64,000 nucleotides of DNA from an uncultured Clostridia bacterium (GCA_944345705.1 CALVML010000002.1:19992-83991), one strand, 5' to 3'; shown: positions 43,740 to 54,259, counted from the stretch's first letter. The notes: generated by a model not told the origin, from the sequence alone. Numbers and translations: made by a program.

Positions 43740-45113
43740 TTAGTTAAATTTGATTTTTTCGGCTATATAACCCTTTAATTCATCGATTTTTAATCTGATT
43801 TGTGCCATGCTATCTCTATCACGAATGGTGACTGTATCATCTTCGAGCGTGTCAAAGTCGATTGTCACGCAGAAAGGTGTGCCGATCTCGTCTTGTCTGC
43901 GATAGCGTTTGCCAATTGAGCCTGCTTCATCATAATCGCACATAAAGTCTTTGCTTAAATAAGAGTAAACTTCTTTTGCTTTCTGTGAAAGATTTTTCTG
44001 CAAAGGCAATATTGCAACTTTGAAAGGTGCAAGTGCTGGCGAGAAGTGCATAACCACCCTTGTGTCACCATTTTCAAGAGTTTCTTCATCATAAGCCTGA
44101 CAAAGAATTGCAAGTGTCAATCTGTCTGCTCCAATTGAATATTCAATTACATTTGGCATATATTTTTCATTTGTATAAGGATCGGTATATTCCATATTTT
44201 TACCACTAAACTCACTATGTCTAGATAGATCCCAATTTCCGCGGTGATGAATTCCGTTAAGTTCCTGCCAGCCGATAGGGAACAAATATTGAATATCGCA
44301 AGCAGCCTTTGCATAGTGTGCAAGTTTGTCGTGGTCATGGAAGCGCAAGTTTTCTGCTTTTAATCCTAAGTCTTCTACAAATTTCATTGCCCTATCTTTG
44401 TATGAATTGTAAAAGTCCATACTCTCACTTTCTTTGCAGAACATTTGAAGTTCCATCTGCTCAAACTCAACCGTTCTAAAAAGGAAATTGCCAGGGGTTA
44501 TCTCATTTCTAAATGACTTACCTATCTGTGCAATTGCAAAAGGCACTTTTGCTCTCATAGTACGCTGTACATTCAAGAAATTGACATACTCACCTTGACA
44601 GGTTTCAGGTCTAAGATAGACAATATCCTTGTCATCGCCTACCATATTGCGTGAAGTGGTAAACATAGGATTGAATTTGCGAATAGGTGTCCAGTCGCGT
44701 TTGCCACAGATTGGACACTTGATATCATGCTCTTCAATATATCTTTCCATCTCCTCGTTTGTCATTCCTTCAGCCGATACTGTGCCTTTAGAATGATTTT
44801 CAATAATAGTATCTGCCCTATGTCTAGTCTTGCAATTACGGCAATCCATTTTAGGATCACCAAAACTCTGTACATGCCCACTTGCTTCCCAGACTTTAGG
44901 GTTCATAAGAATTGCAGCATCGACACCATAGCAGTTTGCGTCTTCTTGGACAAATCTTTTCCACCATGCTCGCTTGATATTGTTTTTGAGTTCCACTCCG
45001 ACTGGTCCAAAGTCCCAAGTGTTTGCAAATCCGCCATATATTTCACTGCCTTGGAAAACAAATCCGCGATTTTTGCAAAGATTTACTATTGTATCCATTG
45101 TGATTTTTTTCAT
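43740..45113 (-). CDS. glyQS: Glycine--tRNA ligase (homodimeric GlyQS type)
   Basis: The N-terminus MDTIVNLCKNRGFVFQGSEIYGGFANTWDFGPVGVELKNNIKRAWW matches class II GlyRS. The ATG at 45113 has an AAAGGAG SD. The track start at 45149 lies in a tandem repeat. A glycine T-box lies upstream. Confidence 0.93.
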   Translation of the reverse strand: MKKITMDTIVNLCKNRGFVFQGSEIYGGFANTWDFGPVGVELKNNIKRAWWKRFVQEDANCYGVDAAILMNPKVWEASGHVQSFGDPKMDCRNCKTRHRADTIIENHSKGTVSAEGMTNEEMERYIEEHDIKCPICGKRDWTPIRKFNPMFTTSRNMVGDDKDIVYLRPETCQGEYVNFLNVQRTMRAKVPFAIAQIGKSFRNEITPGNFLFRTVEFEQMELQMFCKESESMDFYNSYKDRAMKFVEDLGLKAENLRFHDHDKLAHYAKAACDIQYLFPIGWQELNGIHHRGNWDLSRHSEFSGKNMEYTDPYTNEKYMPNVIEYSIGADRLTLAILCQAYDEETLENGDTRVVMHFSPALAPFKVAILPLQKNLSQKAKEVYSYLSKDFMCDYDEAGSIGKRYRRQDEIGTPFCVTIDFDTLEDDTVTIRDRDSMAQIRLKIDELKGYIAEKIKFN

Positions 45114-45140
45114 TACTATTTCTCCTTTTTCATTTTTTAG

Positions 45141-45224
45141 TGATGGCATTGATTTTTTTATTTCTTAGTGATGGCATTGACTTTTTTATTTCTTGGTGAT
45201 GGCTTGGATTTTTTTGCCAATACA
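45141..45224 (-). repeat. Three 28-bp tandem repeats between the T-box terminator and the glyQS SD
   Basis: TAGTGATGGCATTGA at 45148 and 45176, and TGGTGATGGCTTGGA at 45204 (period 28). Confidence 0.8.
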
Positions 45225-45362
45225 ATAAAAAACCCTATGCCATAGCATAGGGGCGATTTATATGACCGCTGTTCCACCCTAATTCGCATTTTCATGCCTT
45301 CATTGACCGTCTTTACGCCGACAAGCGTTTAGCTCTGGAGTTGCCAATTCCGTCATTGCTTT
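45224..45362 (-). promoter_or_regulatory. Glycine-specific T-box riboswitch leader
   Basis: T-box sequence AATTAGGGTGGAACAGCG (45267-45284, minus strand). Candidate specifier GGC at 45317-45319 in a stem I internal loop. Terminator CCCTATGC-TATG-GCATAGGG followed by U7 (45224-45252). Confidence 0.85.
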
Positions 45363-45368
45363 AAAAGT

Positions 45369-45397
45369 ATTATATTCCTTTTAACAATTTTTGTCAA
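45369..45397 (-). promoter_or_regulatory. Consensus promoter TTGACA-17-TATAAT of the glyQS leader
   Basis: -35 at 45392-45397, -10 at 45369-45374. Confidence 0.7.
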
Positions 45398-45461
45398 CGA
45401 TTTTGCAAATTATTTATATGCTAAAGACTAAATTGTCTAGTTTTTTTAATATATAAACTTT

Positions 45462-46175
45462 TCAATCTCGTCTTATTGCTAAAAGTAAGAATATATAGCG
45501 AAGAAGATATGCCATACTGACAAGCAAGCTTGCAACATAGGTCATTGCCGCCGCATTAAGCACGCTATCCACTCCCTTTTGCTGACTTTTATCAATTCCA
45601 AAACTGTCAAGCATCTTCTTTGCCCTGCTTGAAGCATTGAATTCGACAGGCAATGTGGCAATAGATGCAATAACACTGACTGCATAGAGAGCAACAGACA
45701 GATAAATTATTATAGCTCCGCCGAGTGCTATCCAGAATAATTGCAACAATATACCTATAATCAATAATGGCAAAAATAATGAAGACACCAAATTGCTAGT
45801 TTTCACTACAAACTGTCGCACTTTGTATGGAAAATATTCTTGATCGTCTTGCTGAGCGTGACCAAACTCATGTGCAACAATGGCAAGTGAAGCGATTGAT
45901 GACGAATTATAATTTTCTTCACTTATGTTTATGCTGTGATCACTAGGATCATAATGATCGGATAGGTGTCCACGGCAAGAACGCAAATTAAGTGCCAAAC
46001 TCTCATTTTCCATAAGTTTTTGGGCAAATTCCGCCCCTGTTAAGCCAATAGAAGAAGGCATATCCTTATATTTTGAATATGCACGGCTTACTTTACTTTG
46101 CGCGACAAGTGCAATAATGATACAAATCAATATCACCACGCCTGAAATCAAATAACCAATATAATAAATATCCAT
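45462..46175 (-). CDS. Membrane Zn-metallopeptidase (Zn_peptidase_2/YpfJ-like family)
   Basis: N-terminal TM, HEFGHAQQ zinc motif, C-terminal TM helices. Confidence 0.8.
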   Translation of the reverse strand: MDIYYIGYLISGVVILICIIIALVAQSKVSRAYSKYKDMPSSIGLTGAEFAQKLMENESLALNLRSCRGHLSDHYDPSDHSINISEENYNSSSIASLAIVAHEFGHAQQDDQEYFPYKVRQFVVKTSNLVSSLFLPLLIIGILLQLFWIALGGAIIIYLSVALYAVSVIASIATLPVEFNASSRAKKMLDSFGIDKSQQKGVDSVLNAAAMTYVASLLVSMAYLLRYIFLLLAIRRD

Positions 46176-46248
46176 TTTTAACCTTCTATATAGTATATGA
46201 ACATTTTATTCAAATTAATATTACAAAAATAAAACTTAAAACAAAACT

Positions 46249-46956
46249 TTAGTTGAAAAGTTTACTCTTCTTTGAAATACCAGTCCAGCCTAGAATTATT
46301 CGCAAGAAATCAGCCCAATAGGTTAGCCCCGCGTCCTTTAAAAATCTTTTAGAAGTGCGAAGTTCTTCATCGCCTAGTATCATCTCTAAAAATCCTAGTG
46401 CCTTTTTGGATGCATCCTTTTCTATAGCTATAGTCATAAGTTTTATCACAAGCGCTAAGATAAAAATACCACCAGCAACTCCAAACAAGACAAAGCCAAT
46501 CAAACTATAGCCTAAAATCAACATAACTATTCCAGCAATTAGGCAAGGGGTAAGAAGTAAGCCGACAATTCGACCGAGTTTTCGCAAAAAGTTTAGTCTT
46601 TTAAGTTTCTTTCCTTCTATATCTTGTTTGGCGTGACCGATTTCATGTGCAATAATGGTAAAAGATGCAATAGACGGCTGATAGATTGTTTTAGTTGAAA
46701 GGAATAGTCTTCCGCCACCATAGGCATCACCTGCTTCTTTTTCTATCTGCACGATCTTCAATGTTCCGCCAAAGTACTGACTATTCAACATATCGACAAA
46801 TTGCAAGGTTGTTATGCCTGAGCGTATAGACTGATTGCTAAGCTGTCTATACCTTTGCATAAATTTATCGTATGAAAAGTTGGCAATAGCAAGCAAAAAA
46901 CATAGTAGCACTGCCACTGCAATCACACAAATAATAATTATCCAAGTCATATTCAT
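46249..46956 (-). CDS. Membrane Zn-metallopeptidase, paralogue of the neighbouring gene
   Basis: Same architecture as its neighbour, with HEIGHAKQD motif. No SD. Confidence 0.8.
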   Translation of the reverse strand: MNMTWIIIICVIAVAVLLCFLLAIANFSYDKFMQRYRQLSNQSIRSGITTLQFVDMLNSQYFGGTLKIVQIEKEAGDAYGGGRLFLSTKTIYQPSIASFTIIAHEIGHAKQDIEGKKLKRLNFLRKLGRIVGLLLTPCLIAGIVMLILGYSLIGFVLFGVAGGIFILALVIKLMTIAIEKDASKKALGFLEMILGDEELRTSKRFLKDAGLTYWADFLRIILGWTGISKKSKLFN

Positions 46957-46962
46957 GCTTTT

Positions 46963-46991
46963 ATTCTATACTAAATCGCAAAAAAATACAA
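46963..46991 (-). promoter_or_regulatory. Putative promoter TTGTAT-17-TAGAAT ending 6 nt before the ATG
   Basis: -35 at 46986-46991, -10 at 46963-46968, then AAAAGC and ATG (46954-46956). Confidence 0.4.
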
Positions 46992-47103
46992 ATATTTTTA
47001 GCAAAATTAATTAAATCTAATTTTATAAATAAATATTCCTTTACATTTGATTTTAAAAAAATGTATCTTCAAAATTATTTTTACTGTTGCATTTTGATTT
47101 GTA

Positions 47104-49002
47104 TCAAGTTATCAGTACAATTGTACTGCCCTTTGCAATCTCGGTTTGTGGTGGCGGAAGTTGATCTAAAACAAACTCACCTTCTCCGTCTATTTCATAA
47201 AAAAGCTGGTTTTCTTTTAAGATCTTAACTGCTTGCGTAAGAGGAAGTCCTACTAAATTTGGCATACTGATATACTCAACTTTAGCGTTTGGATCTTGCT
47301 TTTCTTCGCCTAAATACTCAAAAAGGTTTTCAAACACGACTTTTCCGTAAGGCGCTGCAACTATACTTCCATAATATGCTCCAGCACTTGGCTCATCAAC
47401 CATAATAAACACCAAATATTCAGGATCGCTTGCAGGATATGTGCCGATAAAACTTGAGATATATTTTCCCTGATCAATACCGCCCGTTTCCTTATATTTC
47501 TGTGCAGTACCTGTTTTACCACCTACTTCATAACCTTCGACAAAGGTGTATTTTCCTAGTTTGTTTTCTGCAAATTCAAGAAGCGTATTAACTTTTTGAG
47601 AAGTTGATTGAGATACGATATTAGTTTTAGTTGTTACACTTGCACTTTTAACCACATTTCCATCAATATCGGTTGCATAATCGAATATGGTCGGATTTAT
47701 CCTTGTACCGCCATTGACAATGGATGCAACAGCGGTCAAAAGTTGGATAGGAGTAAGGGCTATCGCATGACCAAAGCCCATTCGCGCAAGGTCAACATTG
47801 CGAACAAGGCTTTTTGCCATAAGCATACCGCTTCCTTCACCGCTTGCGTCTATGTCCGTTTTTTGACCAAGTCCAAACTTTTCCATATATTGATAAAATC
47901 TATCTACTCCAAGCCTTAACGCTAAATCCATAAAACAACAGTTGCAAGAATTTGCAAAGGCTTCGGTCAAGGTTTGCGTGCCATGTCCTATTGTCTTCCA
48001 ACACTTTATTCGCTCGCCGTCAATCACCCTATATCCTGGGCAATAGAAGGTGTCGTCAAGTGTCACAACGCCCGACTCCAAGGCGGCTGCAACAGTCAGA
48101 ATTTTAAAGGTTGAGCCTGGCTCATATATATCCGTTATGGCTTTCAGTTTTGAGTTTTCAAACAGCGCATCGAGATCATCTCTCGGCACATCATTGAGGT
48201 CAAAACTAGGCTTAGAGGATAGTGCTAAAACCTTGCCAGTTTTCGCTTGTAAGACCATTCCTGTTACACTTTTAGCCTTTTGCTCATTCATGATTTGAGC
48301 AAGAGCATTTTCTAGAATAAGCTGAATTTTGCTGTCGATATTGAGATGAAGATCGTTCCCTGCTGTTGCTGAAATATAGTAGCGTAGTGATCCACCTATC
48401 TCCTTGCCTTGAAGGTCACTTTGAACATAACTGAAGCCGTCTTCACCTGCAAGATAGGAGTCATAATATGCTTCAATTCCGCTTTGACCGACATTATCTA
48501 TACTCGTAAAGCCTAAAACTTGCGTAAGCAGATCGCCATAAGGATAATATCGATTTGAGTTTTCTGCCAAATATATTCCGTCAAGTTTTAAATCGTAAAT
48601 TTCTTCTGCCGTCTCACCTTCTATCTGCATCTTTAAAAGCACCTCGCTAACATTCTTTTTTGACAATTTCTCATATAGAGTGGCAAAGTCAATATCAAGT
48701 ATACTTGATAGTGCATGAGCGGTCTGCGATGGAGAAGAAATCTCTCTTGCTCTTGCATAGACATTATAGGTCGTATAGCTGACGGCAAGAGTTGATCCTG
48801 TGGAGTCTATAATATTCCCCCGCGGCGCAACAATCTTTAAATCTCTTGTCCACTGATCAGTTGCACGCGATTGCAGTGATTTTCCGTTTATAATTTGAAT
48901 TACAAATAATCGCACGATTAGAGCGCAAAAAATAAAGGATATCACAAGGAGTATTGCGAGTATCCTTTTTTTCAATGAATATAGCGTAAAGGCTTTTTGC
49001 AA
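47104..49002 (-). CDS. Class B penicillin-binding protein (FtsI/PBP2B/SpoVD type) with a C-terminal PASTA domain
   Basis: STFK, SCN and KTGT motifs, an N-terminal TM helix and a PASTA-like C-terminus. TTG start with a GGAGG SD. Confidence 0.9.
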   Translation of the reverse strand: MQKAFTLYSLKKRILAILLVISFIFCALIVRLFVIQIINGKSLQSRATDQWTRDLKIVAPRGNIIDSTGSTLAVSYTTYNVYARAREISSPSQTAHALSSILDIDFATLYEKLSKKNVSEVLLKMQIEGETAEEIYDLKLDGIYLAENSNRYYPYGDLLTQVLGFTSIDNVGQSGIEAYYDSYLAGEDGFSYVQSDLQGKEIGGSLRYYISATAGNDLHLNIDSKIQLILENALAQIMNEQKAKSVTGMVLQAKTGKVLALSSKPSFDLNDVPRDDLDALFENSKLKAITDIYEPGSTFKILTVAAALESGVVTLDDTFYCPGYRVIDGERIKCWKTIGHGTQTLTEAFANSCNCCFMDLALRLGVDRFYQYMEKFGLGQKTDIDASGEGSGMLMAKSLVRNVDLARMGFGHAIALTPIQLLTAVASIVNGGTRINPTIFDYATDIDGNVVKSASVTTKTNIVSQSTSQKVNTLLEFAENKLGKYTFVEGYEVGGKTGTAQKYKETGGIDQGKYISSFIGTYPASDPEYLVFIMVDEPSAGAYYGSIVAAPYGKVVFENLFEYLGEEKQDPNAKVEYISMPNLVGLPLTQAVKILKENQLFYEIDGEGEFVLDQLPPPQTEIAKGSTIVLIT

Positions 49003-49004
49003 TT

Positions 49005-49751
49005 TTAACCTCCAAATAAGCCCGCTATGAAATCACAAAATCTATCAAACCAATTCGATTGTTTTTCTAGAGTGTTTGGTGGCACACTCTCGTCAGGCAA
49101 AGTTTGGAATAAATTTTCCATATTTTCGCCATTTGTAGCATCGATATTGTGAAGATTGTTGAGATATGAAACAAGATTTATTGAATATTGTGTGTTTACT
49201 GCATCCAAAGACGCAATATTTACAATTCCCCAAACACCAAATATAGCAAATATTATGGCAACGATTGCGATTTTTATTTTGTTCTTTTTAGGTTTTGGCT
49301 TTGAATCTACCTTTTCTTCTTCAAAAATAAATATTTTCTCTTTTTCTTCAGGCGAGAGAGTCTGTAATAAATCATAGTTTGGCTTTTCAATTACTTGAGA
49401 ACTCTCTTTTGCTTGAACTTGAATTTCTTCTGCCTGCTCTTCCGTTTCGCTGTCTGTTTGGACATCTTGACTGGCTTGCTTTTTACTTTTAATCTTGTCA
49501 AATATGCGGTTTGAACTTTCATTAAAAGCGCTAGAAGAAAAGATATTTATAGGCTGATAAGCTTTCTCTTCTTTTTGCTTTTGATAGGCTTGCGAAGAAA
49601 TGGAAGCGTTTTCGCTCCCTGCAATATTTTGACTACTAGATTGAGAGAGTACGCTTTCTTTAGAATAACTACTTTGCGCACTTTCAAACTTTTCTTTAGC
49701 AAGTTTTTCCTTGTCTTTTTCAAGTTCTTTTAAAAGGGTTTTCTCACTCAT
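49005..49751 (-). CDS. Bitopic membrane protein at the ftsL position of the dcw cluster
   Basis: It sits between rsmH and the PBP gene. It has an S/Q/E-rich cytoplasmic region, a single TM (IAIVAIIFAIFGVWGIVNIASL) and a short ectodomain. No sequence-level match is claimed. Confidence 0.55.
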   Translation of the reverse strand: MSEKTLLKELEKDKEKLAKEKFESAQSSYSKESVLSQSSSQNIAGSENASISSQAYQKQKEEKAYQPINIFSSSAFNESSNRIFDKIKSKKQASQDVQTDSETEEQAEEIQVQAKESSQVIEKPNYDLLQTLSPEEKEKIFIFEEEKVDSKPKPKKNKIKIAIVAIIFAIFGVWGIVNIASLDAVNTQYSINLVSYLNNLHNIDATNGENMENLFQTLPDESVPPNTLEKQSNWFDRFCDFIAGLFGG

Positions 49752-49954
49752 AATATACTCGCCTTTTACTTTAAATATGATTTTTTCGACTTTTAATATG
49801 GATTTGTAAATAATTTTAATAAGTTTTGTTTAGTTTAAAAAATTTTAGCAGATAGTGACCCTTTTGTCAAAGATAAATTGCATGTTTGCAAAATTTATAG
49901 CGATCACTTTTTGCAATTTACTTTCATTTTTTATCTTTTCTAATTACTTCCACT

Positions 49955-50887
49955 TTAAATCTTCTCTATAACTCGCAGTTTTGCACTTGTCGACCTAGAA
50001 TTTGCTTTAATCTCTTGATTTTGTGCAACTATCGGCTTTCTATTTACTAAAATTGCTGACTTTTTATGATGACAAATACAGATTGGCGTCTTTGGCGGAC
50101 AAATGCAATCGGTTGATGCAAGTTTAAATGTATCCTTGACTATTCTATCTTCAAGGCTATGGAAGCTTATGACTGCTCCGCGTCCGCCACTCTTCAAAAG
50201 TCCAATCATCTCGTCTAGTAAACTTTTTAAGCCGTCAAGTTCTCCATTGACTTCAATTCTTATTGCCTGAAAGGTCTTTTTGGATACTCCTCCCTTGCCG
50301 TAAACCACACTTTTAGGAAAGCTATCTTCAATAATTGCCTTCAATTGCCCTGTCGTTACAATTGGTTTGATTTTCCTTGCGTTTAATATATTCTCTACAA
50401 TTTTTTTTGCGTTTGACTCCTCTCCATATTGATAGAGAATACGCAATAGTTCTTCCTTGGAATAGTTATTTACAACATAGTAAGCATCAAGCTCCTGCTC
50501 TCTATCCATTCTCATATCAAGTCTGCCATCGTTTGATATACTAAAACCACGCTCGGCATTGTCTATTTGATAGGAGCTGACTCCTAAATCAATCAAAAAT
50601 CCATCGATTGCACATATTCCCATCTCTTGCAAAACTAAAGGCGCTCTTTTAAAATCACCGTGTACAACGGTCACATTTTGGTAATCTTTGAATTTCTCTT
50701 TGCACACTTTAACCGCATCCATATCCTTATCAAATCCGATAAGTCTGCCATCTTTAGATAGTTTTTTTAGTATTGCACTCGAGTGACCACCGCCACCCAT
50801 TGTGCAATCTACATATATCCCATCACTCTTTATATTGAGGCCTTGAATTACTTCATCTAACAAAACTGGTATATGCTTAAATTCCAT
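49955..50887 (-). CDS. rsmH: 16S rRNA (cytosine1402-N4)-methyltransferase
   Basis: HIPVLLDEV, DCTMGGGGHS and DLGVSSYQ motifs. The ATG at 50887 has an AAAGGAG SD. Confidence 0.93.
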   Translation of the reverse strand: MEFKHIPVLLDEVIQGLNIKSDGIYVDCTMGGGGHSSAILKKLSKDGRLIGFDKDMDAVKVCKEKFKDYQNVTVVHGDFKRAPLVLQEMGICAIDGFLIDLGVSSYQIDNAERGFSISNDGRLDMRMDREQELDAYYVVNNYSKEELLRILYQYGEESNAKKIVENILNARKIKPIVTTGQLKAIIEDSFPKSVVYGKGGVSKKTFQAIRIEVNGELDGLKSLLDEMIGLLKSGGRGAVISFHSLEDRIVKDTFKLASTDCICPPKTPICICHHKKSAILVNRKPIVAQNQEIKANSRSTSAKLRVIEKI

Positions 50888-50990
50888 TTTTTCTCCTTTA
50901 AATTGTAAAGACATTATAATATAAAAAAAGATTAAAATTCAACCTTTTAAATCAATTTAAAAAAGAGAATTTTAATCTTTGTTATTTTAA

Positions 50991-53690
50991 TTAATTACTA
51001 CCGGAAATTGCGTCCTTTAACTGATTTAAAACATCAACAATATCGCCATTTTTAAGGTTTTCATCAGATAAGATGTCATTTATGTTTGGCACTTCATCCA
51101 TATATTCAAGTTTGATTTCGCCTATAATATCGTTGTAAATACCACCAAACATTGTATCTTCTTTAAGATTTCCTTCTTCATCATAAAGTGTATCACGAAT
51201 AGCATTTAAAACATTTCCTATGTCTTCTGTGTTCATTTCAACAAGGCTATCTATAGTGATATCCTGTGCGGAAGTGATAACTTTATTGAGAGAGATAAAT
51301 GATTTAATAATGCTTATGATTTCATCTACGTTATCTGCAATATTTATAGTTGGAATTTCAGTTTGTCTATTTGTAATGCTGTTGATATTCTCGTTTATAA
51401 GGCTGATAACTTGCGTTTTCAAGTTTTCTGTGCATTGCGCTTCTAGTATCGGTCTAAAGATGCCGTCAACATCTTCTTCTTGAAGGTTATTGATAAGTGT
51501 ATTGTAATCGCCACTCAAAATGATTTGCAAATATGTTTGATAATTTGGTTGTTCTTGCGAGCCAATATTGACAGAAGTTGTATTTACTTTTGTAATTAGG
51601 CTTGAGATATAATCAAGTTCACTTTCCCACTCCTCTATTGTATCGATATTTACAAAAGTGATTATCTCATCTTCGCCAAGAGCAGACTGTAAGTTGGATA
51701 CAATAAGTTCATTTGTAAAATCTATTTGATAAAGTGGCAAAACTATCTTGTGAAGCAAATACTTATCACCTGCAACTGTATCTCCGTCATTTTTAGCAAT
51801 CTTGTCGGCTAGAGTTTGAAGCAGGCTTTGTGCATCACTTCCAGAAGTGATTATACTGTAAAGGTTATTATCTTTTACGGTAATCAAAGTAGGCGTAACA
51901 AATTCAAATAACTCATTATAACTAGAAATTGTTACTTCTTCTTTTACTAATTCGCCACTCTCATTTGTATTTACTTTTAATACCGTGCCACTAGGAAGCG
52001 TCAATTTATATTCAGTCAATATTCCGTCAAATATTGTAGTATTTTCGCCTGTTGTGGTTTTGAATAAATCTATATTTAGTAGCTCGTCAAGCAAACTACC
52101 TAAACTAGATAGTGTTGCGGACAATGTTTCGCTTGATTCATCAAGTATGCTTGCCGGATCTTTAATAACTCCTTCAAGCCCGCCAGAGAAGCCACTGTTG
52201 ATGTCGCCAACAATCTTTAAAATGCTAGTAAATTTAGCACTTAAATTTTTCCATTGTTCATCTGTATAGTTTGACGAATCTTCAATGTCAGAAACTTCTT
52301 CATTTAAAATCTTTTCAAATGTAACCTTGATAACACTTGAGATTGAGTCTTGAATTGTATTCATTGAGAATACATTTTCAAGCGCAGATTGCAATACTGT
52401 AAGATTTTCATCACTTGTAAGAACATTTAATATTTCATTCAAGCCACTTAGATCTTTTACTTGATCAAGTGCACCACTCTTTGCAAGGGTCTTAAACGCT
52501 GAGAATAGATTTTTAAAGTCGCTTGCAAAATACTCGCCCTTTTCTTTTGTAGTAGTAAGGCTTGATAAATTTGCCTTTAGGTCATCAAGTATTATTCCAT
52601 ATTCTTGCACAATTTGACTGTCTGCAATAAATGCATAGTCTTGATAGTTCTCTATTACATTTGCAACGGTTGACGCGAGTACCGACTGGAATAGTCCGCT
52701 ATCTACAAAATTATTAAAGTATTTTTCAATCCTGTCAAAATCTGCATTATTCAAATTGACAAGTCCTTCTTCATCGTAGTAGGTGCGAAGTTGGTATACA
52801 AAGTTTGCCATAGGATAGATGTTTTCTATCTCCTTGCGCACTTCAACCTTTTCTCCGTCAACAGTAACTTGTGATAGATAATCAAATACATAGTTGTCAA
52901 GTCCGAAGACCTTTGAAATTTTAATAAGTGCATTGTTTTCAAGTCCAGAGATTACATTTTTAACTTCACTAGGAATATATTCATCAATAAGGCTGTTTAC
53001 CTTTGTTTCTTCTGTGGTTTGCTCGCCTTCCTGCTGTCCTTCTCCAGTTTGATCTTCACTTTCGCCATCATCAATGATTATTTCACCATCTTCTGCATTT
53101 ACTACTGTGGTATCTGTCTGAACCTGTTCAACAAAATATGTGTCCTCATACATGATGTTATTCAAAGTACCAATCAATGCCGAAAGTGGCATGAAAGCAA
53201 ATACTACTATGATTAAAGTCTTTATAGCGCCAACTACACCACCAGTTATTCTATGTTTTTTTGCGCCAGGCTTATATCTTAAGAAGATGCTTGCAATAAT
53301 TTTATATATGATATACATTATAAGTTCTATAACAACTGTCAGCACTATAAACACAACAACATTCACAAGTGCCGATGGAAGCTGTGCAAAGAAACTTTCT
53401 AGATTTGGGTTTGCATTTACTAACGCTTCTATATCTTCACTTGCAGATTTTATCATTTCAACTAGATAATTGTTTATGCTCGTCTGCGTACCGTTTACTG
53501 TGATATTGATGCCGAGAATAGCATTGGTTATCACCGGCGTCAAGAAAAAAGCAAGTAGCGCACCGACAAGTCCAAAGATTAAACTTGCAGTTGACCTTTT
53601 GAGTCCACGCCAAAAGCCTATAAAGAAACCGATGACAAGAATTACAATAAAAACGATTGAAACAATCCAGCCTATTGCACTTGCACTCAT
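50991..53690 (-). CDS. CvpA-like membrane protein with a ~700-aa acidic C-terminal extension
   Basis: The N-terminal ~200 aa has 4 TM helices and a GFWRGLKRS motif, as in the CvpA family. The remainder is D/E/N/S/T/I-rich and has no family I recognise. Strong SD. Confidence 0.6.
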   Translation of the reverse strand: MSASAIGWIVSIVFIVILVIGFFIGFWRGLKRSTASLIFGLVGALLAFFLTPVITNAILGINITVNGTQTSINNYLVEMIKSASEDIEALVNANPNLESFFAQLPSALVNVVVFIVLTVVIELIMYIIYKIIASIFLRYKPGAKKHRITGGVVGAIKTLIIVVFAFMPLSALIGTLNNIMYEDTYFVEQVQTDTTVVNAEDGEIIIDDGESEDQTGEGQQEGEQTTEETKVNSLIDEYIPSEVKNVISGLENNALIKISKVFGLDNYVFDYLSQVTVDGEKVEVRKEIENIYPMANFVYQLRTYYDEEGLVNLNNADFDRIEKYFNNFVDSGLFQSVLASTVANVIENYQDYAFIADSQIVQEYGIILDDLKANLSSLTTTKEKGEYFASDFKNLFSAFKTLAKSGALDQVKDLSGLNEILNVLTSDENLTVLQSALENVFSMNTIQDSISSVIKVTFEKILNEEVSDIEDSSNYTDEQWKNLSAKFTSILKIVGDINSGFSGGLEGVIKDPASILDESSETLSATLSSLGSLLDELLNIDLFKTTTGENTTIFDGILTEYKLTLPSGTVLKVNTNESGELVKEEVTISSYNELFEFVTPTLITVKDNNLYSIITSGSDAQSLLQTLADKIAKNDGDTVAGDKYLLHKIVLPLYQIDFTNELIVSNLQSALGEDEIITFVNIDTIEEWESELDYISSLITKVNTTSVNIGSQEQPNYQTYLQIILSGDYNTLINNLQEEDVDGIFRPILEAQCTENLKTQVISLINENINSITNRQTEIPTINIADNVDEIISIIKSFISLNKVITSAQDITIDSLVEMNTEDIGNVLNAIRDTLYDEEGNLKEDTMFGGIYNDIIGEIKLEYMDEVPNINDILSDENLKNGDIVDVLNQLKDAISGSN

Positions 53691-54111
53691 AATTTTTCTC
53701 CTCCTTTTAGAAGTCCTTTCTATTTATATGATAACAAATATTTGCTTTGATAGCAATATTTTTTTAGTTTTTCTTAAAAATTCTATTCGCATAAAATAAT
53801 TGTCAAAAATTCATAAAATTAAACTTGATTTAGAATAATTTCAAAGACCTATATTGACTATGTTTTATAAGCTGACACATTTTCAACAAAAGGAGCGAGA
53901 TTATATAAAATTTCGACAAATTGATAGTTTTTTTGATTTCTAAAGCATTTTTAAACTGTGTTAAAATGATACTATGAAACATACCTTTGCTTTTATATTT
54001 GGAATAGTGTTACTCGTTGCATTCATCTGGCTTGCCACGACTTTAACTCTACAATATAACAAGTCAAAGGAAAATGACGAAAAACTGAATGTGCAGAGCT
54101 ATTGCTATCAG

Positions 54112-54226
54112 CAGAATATAAACTATGTGATGTTAAAATTTTACTATCATAAAATTTTAATAAATTCTGGCGAATTTGTGTACTAACGCACACTCATCAC
54201 ATAGTATGTATGACCATCAGTCTCAC
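54112..54226 (+). repeat. Copy A of a ~115-bp structured intergenic repeat
   Basis: Aligns with 54260-54376 (period ~148 bp). Internal stems: ACTATGTGATG/CATCACATAGT, TTAAAATTTTA/TAAAATTTTAA, and GTGT(A/G)C-TAAC-GCACAC. Confidence 0.75.
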
Positions 54227-54259
54227 TCAAATGCGACTTCGTCGCGCTTGGTTCGACTT

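Noticed and set aside
53974-54186. A 70-codon ORF (MKHTFAFIFGIVLLVAF...) as a small membrane protein gene
   Set aside because: It has no SD, and its 3' third is encoded by copy A of the intergenic repeat. A shorter real peptide cannot be excluded, but I cannot support it.
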